This document shows, one piece after another, positions 58,845-64,000 of a stretch of 64,000 nucleotides of DNA (its first letter is position 1; every line of letters starts with the position of its first letter). This DNA is from an uncultured Spirochaetota bacterium (GTDB lineage Bacteria > Spirochaetota > UBA4802 > UBA5550), in contig CAWHAA010000004.1 in assembly GCA_963827275.1 (NCBI GenBank), positions 160,001 to 224,000 on the forward strand, given 5' to 3'. The notes below the pieces were generated by a model. That model was not told the origin of the DNA. It saw only the letters and a list, made by a program, of their open reading frames with translations, and searched no databases. Made by a program: the position numbers and the translations under genes.

Positions 58845-60962
58845 ATGCAAAAATCAAATGTGTATTCAATTGTGCTGATTGCAGCGTTGCTGTTCCTCGG
58901 CATGCTGCTGGCGCCCTTCCATATAATGCAGCATGATCTTTCCATGATCCCCGGGGATTTCATCGATACCCGCTTCAACAACTACATGCTTGAGCACGGG
59001 TACCGGTGGCTTACCGGCCAGGTGGCGCATTTCTGGGACGCGCAGTACTGCTACCCGGTGCCGGATGTTACCGCCTTTTCCGACAGCCACCTCGGGCTCT
59101 TCTGGCTCTACTCGCTGTTTCGCTTTGCGGATTTCGACAGGGAAACATCGCTGCAGCTCTGGATTATCGTCATGTTCGCGTTAAATTACCTCTCCTCCGC
59201 GTACGCCCTCCGGAAAATGGAGATCAATGCCCTCGGGGTCGCGGTCGGCTCGTTTATCTTTGCTTTTTCCATGCCGGTCATGGGGCAGATGATCCACATT
59301 CAGCTCCTGCCGCGGTTCCTGGTGCCCCTGATAGTCCTTTTCACGGTGCGGTTTCTTGACCGCCCGGGCGTCTTCGTGTTATTCAAACTGTGCCTTGCCA
59401 TCGTGGCGCAGTTTTACTGCACGTTCTATATCGGGTATCTCTCCGTCCTGGCGGTGATCGCCCTCGTGATCGGGTATGTGCTGCTAAATTTCAGGGATCG
59501 CAGGGAGCTGCCGTTTTTCACGGATTTCACGCGGGACATCTGGAAAAAGCTCGGCGTGGCCGCCGGGTCGGCCCTGCTGCTCCTGCCGGCCATGCTCCCG
59601 TATCTTCCTGTCGTCGCAAAGTACGGTTACCGGAGGTGGGAGGAGATTGCGCTTATGCTGCCACGGTTCTCCTCGTATTTTTTCCCCCCTGACGGGACCC
59701 TCCTCTGGGACTGGCTCAAGCCGCTGGGCCACGGATTGCCGATGCCGTGGGATCATTATCTTTTTGTCGGCGCCTTCCCTATTGCGGCGGTGATCGTTCT
59801 GATCATAATGTATCTGCGCTCGTCCGATCGTGACTCCCTTCTGAAATGGGGGTTCGTAGCGGTCATCACCCTGGCTATTCTGACGGTCATCACCCTGTCG
59901 GTGCGCAACGTGTCTTTATATCGATTGGTCTATAAGCTAATTCCCGGTCTTTCATCCGTGCGCTCGCTTGCCAGGATTATTCTCGTTGACCTGTTTTTCT
60001 TGTCCATGATTTCCGGGATCGTTATCACGAGGTGCTCAAGGCTGCTGTCAGGGAAATCGCCTGTTATAAAGGGCGTCGTTGCCCTGATTGTTATATCTGT
60101 CTTTGCTGTTGATCAGTATGTTGTAATCCCTGACAGTTTTTCAAAAAAGGAGGCGCAGGAACGTTCGCGTAATGTTGAGGATCTCATGATGAAGCAAAAT
60201 CCCAGCGCCATAATTTATGCTTATATTCCGCAAGCGAAGAAATGGTCATTGCGAACGGTATTTGCCGATCACATCGATGCAATGATGGCGGCGCAGAGCC
60301 TTAACAAGTATACCGTGAATGCCTATAGCGGACAACTGACAACGGAACTCCAGAATATGCTTGTGCTGCCGCTCTATCCGCGTGAAGTCCGCTGTCTGGC
60401 GCTGCGCAGGTGGGGAAGGGCGACGGAGCTGTTGTATAACAAGAAAGACTGGTACAGGAAGATATCGATCGTTGATCCTGGCGATACGGCCCCCTGTCCG
60501 GCATCCAGATTCACAGAGTTAGACTTCAGCGGTATTGATCATCCACTGGACGATGCCGCCTGCAATGCGGAAATCACCTTTGACAGGCCCGTCCACACCA
60601 TCGACCGGTATGACGTGTATGTGATGGAGGTCAAGGTCAAAAACAGGAGCGCTGTCACGTGGCCGGTCCTGGGTGACGGCACCGGGAAATACGCGGTCGG
60701 CCTTACGTATCGCTGGCTCGGGTCCGACCGTAAACCGTTGACAGGGTATGACCAGAAGGTATATTTCCTGTACGATCTGAAGCCGCGGGAAACGATGCGC
60801 GTGTCAGTGCCGGTCTATCGCCCCTTCGACACGGGGGAATATCACCTTGAATTCGACGTGTTCCAGGACTCGGTGCTGAGATTTCAGGATAAAGGGTCTC
60901 GGACTTCAATGGTAAAAATTGTCGCGACAGGCCTTGGCGATTCAGGGTTCACATGGAAATGA
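58845..60962 (+). CDS. Polytopic GT-C-like glycosyltransferase with C-terminal Ig-like domain
   Basis: First loop DFIDTRFN…FWDA…YP…AFSD; many TM helices; C-terminal VKN…TWP…YRW…GEYHLEFD. Confidence 0.7.
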   Translation: MQKSNVYSIVLIAALLFLGMLLAPFHIMQHDLSMIPGDFIDTRFNNYMLEHGYRWLTGQVAHFWDAQYCYPVPDVTAFSDSHLGLFWLYSLFRFADFDRETSLQLWIIVMFALNYLSSAYALRKMEINALGVAVGSFIFAFSMPVMGQMIHIQLLPRFLVPLIVLFTVRFLDRPGVFVLFKLCLAIVAQFYCTFYIGYLSVLAVIALVIGYVLLNFRDRRELPFFTDFTRDIWKKLGVAAGSALLLLPAMLPYLPVVAKYGYRRWEEIALMLPRFSSYFFPPDGTLLWDWLKPLGHGLPMPWDHYLFVGAFPIAAVIVLIIMYLRSSDRDSLLKWGFVAVITLAILTVITLSVRNVSLYRLVYKLIPGLSSVRSLARIILVDLFFLSMISGIVITRCSRLLSGKSPVIKGVVALIVISVFAVDQYVVIPDSFSKKEAQERSRNVEDLMMKQNPSAIIYAYIPQAKKWSLRTVFADHIDAMMAAQSLNKYTVNAYSGQLTTELQNMLVLPLYPREVRCLALRRWGRATELLYNKKDWYRKISIVDPGDTAPCPASRFTELDFSGIDHPLDDAACNAEITFDRPVHTIDRYDVYVMEVKVKNRSAVTWPVLGDGTGKYAVGLTYRWLGSDRKPLTGYDQKVYFLYDLKPRETMRVSVPVYRPFDTGEYHLEFDVFQDSVLRFQDKGSRTSMVKIVATGLGDSGFTWK

Positions 60963-61020
60963 CCGCGCGCATGCAGCCGTTTGCGCGATGAAACAATCAT
61001 GGTATGGAGGATGCGGTCCG

Positions 61021-62844
61021 ATGAATGACAGTAACAGGTCCCGGAAGTTCATTGCGGCGGCGGTCCTGTATGCGGGGATCGCCCTCTCGTGCCTCGTTCT
61101 TCTCGCACTGGTGATGAAGCTGTGGAGGGCGGACCTTGCCGTTCCCTTCAGCTACCGCGGCGACGGCATCATGTGCGCCGAATGGGTCAAGTCCGTCGTC
61201 GATAACGGATGGTATATACGGAACGATCATGTCGGCATGCCGGGGGGGAAACATCTCGGCGATTTTCCCATGTCGGACAATCTCCATTATCTTCTCATCA
61301 AGCTGCTGTCCCTGTTCACGAACGACTGGGCCGTTGTCATAAACGTATTCTTCCTGCTCATGTTCCCGCTCATAGCAATGTCGGCCTATTGTGTCCTCCG
61401 GCGCTTCAGGATTTCGGCGCCGGGCGCGTACGCCGGGGCGGTCCTGTTCGCGTTCCTCCATTATCATTTCGTGCGGGGGATGGACCACATCTTCCTTTCG
61501 GCGTATTACCTTGTCCCCCCCGCGGTGCTGGTGGCAGTATGGCTGGCCTCGGGCGAGCTTACCGCGGTGGCCGCCGCCCCTGCCGGGGAGGGGGCGGGGA
61601 CGCCGAAGAAAAAAATGCTGGCGGCGGGCATCATCTGCTTTCTCGTCTCGGGCGCCGGCATCTACTACGCGTTTTTTACCTGCTTCTTCGTCATGCTCGC
61701 GGGGGCCCTCCGCTCCGTCCGGGAAAGGGGCCTGCGCCCCGCCATCGCCGCTGCCGCGCTGACGGCGGTCGTGGCGGTCGGCGGGATCATCAACCTCTCG
61801 CCGCACATCGCGTACCGGCTCGCCCATGGCAAAAACCCGGTGGCCACGGCCAGGGTGTATCACGAGGTGGAGCTGTACGCGCTCAAGGTGACGAGCCTGC
61901 TGATGCCGGCCTCCGATCACCGTATACCGGTGCTGGCCGCGCTGAAAGACCAGTATGTCCGCGAGTCAAGCTTCGTGCACCGGTTCACGGGCGAGGCGGA
62001 GAGCGCAAGCCTCGGCGTCATTGCCGGCGCCGGCTTTCTCTTCCTCGTTATCTTTCTCCTTATTAACAGGGGCAGGGACGACTTCGCCGACCCGGAACAG
62101 GGATACCGTTATTCGCTGCTGCGCATCCTGGCCATCTTCAACGCGGCCGCCCTGCTGCTTGCCGGCGTCGGCGGCTTCAACTCTTTCGTGGCCATCCTGC
62201 TGCGGTACATGATCCGCGTGTATGCCCGCATCAGCATTTTTATCGCCTTCTTCTCCATCGCGGCCGTGCTCCTGGTTGCCGAGCATGCGTTCGCCCGGTA
62301 CACTGCGTGCCGGCGGGACCGCGGGACTGCGGCGGTGATCGCCTCCGGCGTACTGGCGTTGCTCCTGGTGGCTGTGGGGCTGTTTGACCAGACCGCGCGG
62401 AGTTCCATGCCGAAGTATGAGGCGATTAATAAAAGCTTCCATGACGACCGGTCGTTTGTCGCAGCAATAGAAAAAATCATGCCGGAAAAGGCGATGATAT
62501 TCCAGCTTCCCTACATCGCGTATCCTGAGTCGCCGCATCCCGGCCGCATGGTCGTGTATGACCATTTCCGGGGCTATCTTCATTCCCGTGATCTGCGGTG
62601 GAGCTACGGCGCCATGAAGGGACGGGAAACGGACGCATGGCAGAAGTCGGTCGCCTCCCTTCCCGCGCCCGGGCTGCTGCGCCGGCTGAAGGCCAGCGGT
62701 TTTTCCGGGGTCTTTATTAACCGCCGGGGATATCAGGACAACGGCGCGGGGATCATCGGCGAGATCGGCAGGCTGACGGGGTCTCGCGCCGTCGAAAGCG
62801 CGAACGGGGAGCTCGTCTTTTTCGATATCCGCTCATCGCGGTAA
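61021..62844 (+). CDS. Polytopic GT-C-like membrane protein
   Basis: GGAGG RBS; YRGDG…N…G.P.G…DFP; GIYYAFF; IRVYAR; FQLPY..YPE, WSYGAMKGR. Confidence 0.7.
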   Translation: MNDSNRSRKFIAAAVLYAGIALSCLVLLALVMKLWRADLAVPFSYRGDGIMCAEWVKSVVDNGWYIRNDHVGMPGGKHLGDFPMSDNLHYLLIKLLSLFTNDWAVVINVFFLLMFPLIAMSAYCVLRRFRISAPGAYAGAVLFAFLHYHFVRGMDHIFLSAYYLVPPAVLVAVWLASGELTAVAAAPAGEGAGTPKKKMLAAGIICFLVSGAGIYYAFFTCFFVMLAGALRSVRERGLRPAIAAAALTAVVAVGGIINLSPHIAYRLAHGKNPVATARVYHEVELYALKVTSLLMPASDHRIPVLAALKDQYVRESSFVHRFTGEAESASLGVIAGAGFLFLVIFLLINRGRDDFADPEQGYRYSLLRILAIFNAAALLLAGVGGFNSFVAILLRYMIRVYARISIFIAFFSIAAVLLVAEHAFARYTACRRDRGTAAVIASGVLALLLVAVGLFDQTARSSMPKYEAINKSFHDDRSFVAAIEKIMPEKAMIFQLPYIAYPESPHPGRMVVYDHFRGYLHSRDLRWSYGAMKGRETDAWQKSVASLPAPGLLRRLKASGFSGVFINRRGYQDNGAGIIGEIGRLTGSRAVESANGELVFFDIRSSR

Positions 62845-62893
62845 GGCCGCGCCCCGCTGCCGGGCCCGCCGCGCGGGAGAAGCCGCCGCAAAT

Positions 62894-62923
62894 AAAAAAC
62901 GCCGGGCTCCCGCCCGGCGTTTT
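62894..62923. terminator. Bidirectional intrinsic terminator
   Basis: AAAAAACGCCGGGC-TCCC-GCCCGGCGTTTT between convergent genes. Confidence 0.85.
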
Positions 62924-62980
62924 GAATGACACTGTCCCGTTTCAATATTGATTAAGAAAGGATACGGGACTGGCTCAAAC

Positions 62981-63829
62981 TTATCTCAACAGCTCGAGGA
63001 TGGTCTGCGACTTCGCGTTCGCCTGCGCGAGCATCGACGTCGCCGCCTGCGTCAGGATCTGGTACCGCACGTAGGAGGTCATCTGCTCCGCCATGTCGGT
63101 ATCGCGGATCCGTGATTCGGACGCCTGCACGTTCTCGTACGCGTTCATGAGGCCCTTTGCCGCGTGCTCGAGACGGTTGTAGTACGCGCCCAGGTCCGCC
63201 CGCTGCTTGGAGATGATCCGCAGCGCCTCGTCCGCGAGGCCGATGACCGAGTTGGCCTTGCCCGGCGTCGAAATGGAAATGAAGGTGAGCACTGTCGGAT
63301 TCCTGAGGCCCAGCGCCGACGTGGACATGGTCTCGATGAAGACCCGCTCGCGCTGGTGCATGTTCGGCCCCATGTGGAACCACATCGACGCGGTCGGGTG
63401 GAGCCGCGCGAACGACCCGGTCAACAGCTTCATCTTGTTGAATTCGGCCTGTGAGGCGATCCGGTCGATTTCATCGACCAGCTCGGAGACCTCGACCTGG
63501 ATCAGCTGACGGTCTTCATGGGTGTAGATGCCGTTGGCCGCCTGGACGGCGAGCACGCGGACCCGCTGGATGATGCTGTGCACCTCTTCGAGGTACCCTT
63601 CGGCCGTCTGTATCATGGACATGCCGTCCTCGGTGTTCCGCTCGGCCTGCCTGAGGCCCTGGATCTGCGAGCGCATTTTTTCTGAAACCGCGAGACCGGA
63701 CGCGTCATCGCCGGCCTTGTTGATCCTCATGCCGGACGAGAGTTTTTCTATGTCTTTGGTGATGCTCCAGTCGTGAAACTTGAGGGTGCGGTGGGAGAAA
63801 ATTGCCGCAATGTTGTGGTTTATAATCAT
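62981..63829 (-). CDS. flaB: Spirochaete periplasmic flagellar core protein FlaB
   Basis: [65 protein letters not shown]; 282 aa. Confidence 0.97.
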   Translation of the reverse strand: MIINHNIAAIFSHRTLKFHDWSITKDIEKLSSGMRINKAGDDASGLAVSEKMRSQIQGLRQAERNTEDGMSMIQTAEGYLEEVHSIIQRVRVLAVQAANGIYTHEDRQLIQVEVSELVDEIDRIASQAEFNKMKLLTGSFARLHPTASMWFHMGPNMHQRERVFIETMSTSALGLRNPTVLTFISISTPGKANSVIGLADEALRIISKQRADLGAYYNRLEHAAKGLMNAYENVQASESRIRDTDMAEQMTSYVRYQILTQAATSMLAQANAKSQTILELLR

Positions 63830-63832
63830 ATT

Positions 63833-63871
63833 TTCCTCCTTGAAATTCCCCGTCATCATCCGTGATGACGG
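63833..63871 (-). promoter_or_regulatory. CsrA-type binding hairpin plus GGA-containing Shine-Dalgarno in the flaB leader
   Basis: mRNA reads CCGUCAUCA-CGGA-UGAUGACGG (ANGGA in loop), then CAAGGAGGA 4 nt before the AUG. Confidence 0.75.
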
Positions 63872-64000
63872 TGTTACATCTATATTTCTGATCTGAAATT
63901 CGTCATTGCCCGATCCTTTGGTGAATTTGAATATAGCCGTTTATAGTCATTTATAGTAAAATATATCAATATAACGCCAAATATCGACCTGTTGTTATTA

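Overview
Chromosomal window from a GC-rich spirochaete. The call rests on a periplasmic-type FlaB flagellin, an OmpL37-like protein, a Leptospira-style IMPDH and a 7TM-SpoIIE protein; a clostridial-type 2x[4Fe-4S] ferredoxin hints at an anaerobic lifestyle. Housekeeping and metabolic genes include dtd, trxA, guaB, tadA, lgt, a clpX-like ATPase, lhgO, galE, acyl-CoA enzymes and tRNA-Leu(CAA). Several surface-related modules sit among them: (i) a tightly coupled three-gene operon (lamin-tail/CTD-like secreted protein, PorV/FadL-like barrel fused to a ComEA-type HhH domain, second large barrel) that looks like an outer-membrane DNA-binding or uptake portal; (ii) a 1119-aa protein with two discoidin domains, 16 x 32-aa fibre repeats and a chaperone-like C-terminus; (iii) a pgsB-pgsC-pgsW poly-gamma-glutamate operon; (iv) an E/R/K single-alpha-helix lipoprotein; (v) a ~19-kb glycan locus with a CDP-tyvelose arm and an AT-richer GDP-heptose/mutase arm, each with GT2/GtrA, plus two GT-C-like membrane proteins next to flaB. 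Features missing from the ORF track include a DUF559 nuclease remnant bracketed by REP-like palindromes, a 40-aa zinc-ribbon microprotein, a 56-aa ferredoxin and a CsrA-type hairpin before flaB. Four genes are broken by single-base lesions, most likely sequencing errors. No CRISPR array, rRNA or intact transposase was seen. All family assignments come from motif recognition, not database searches.
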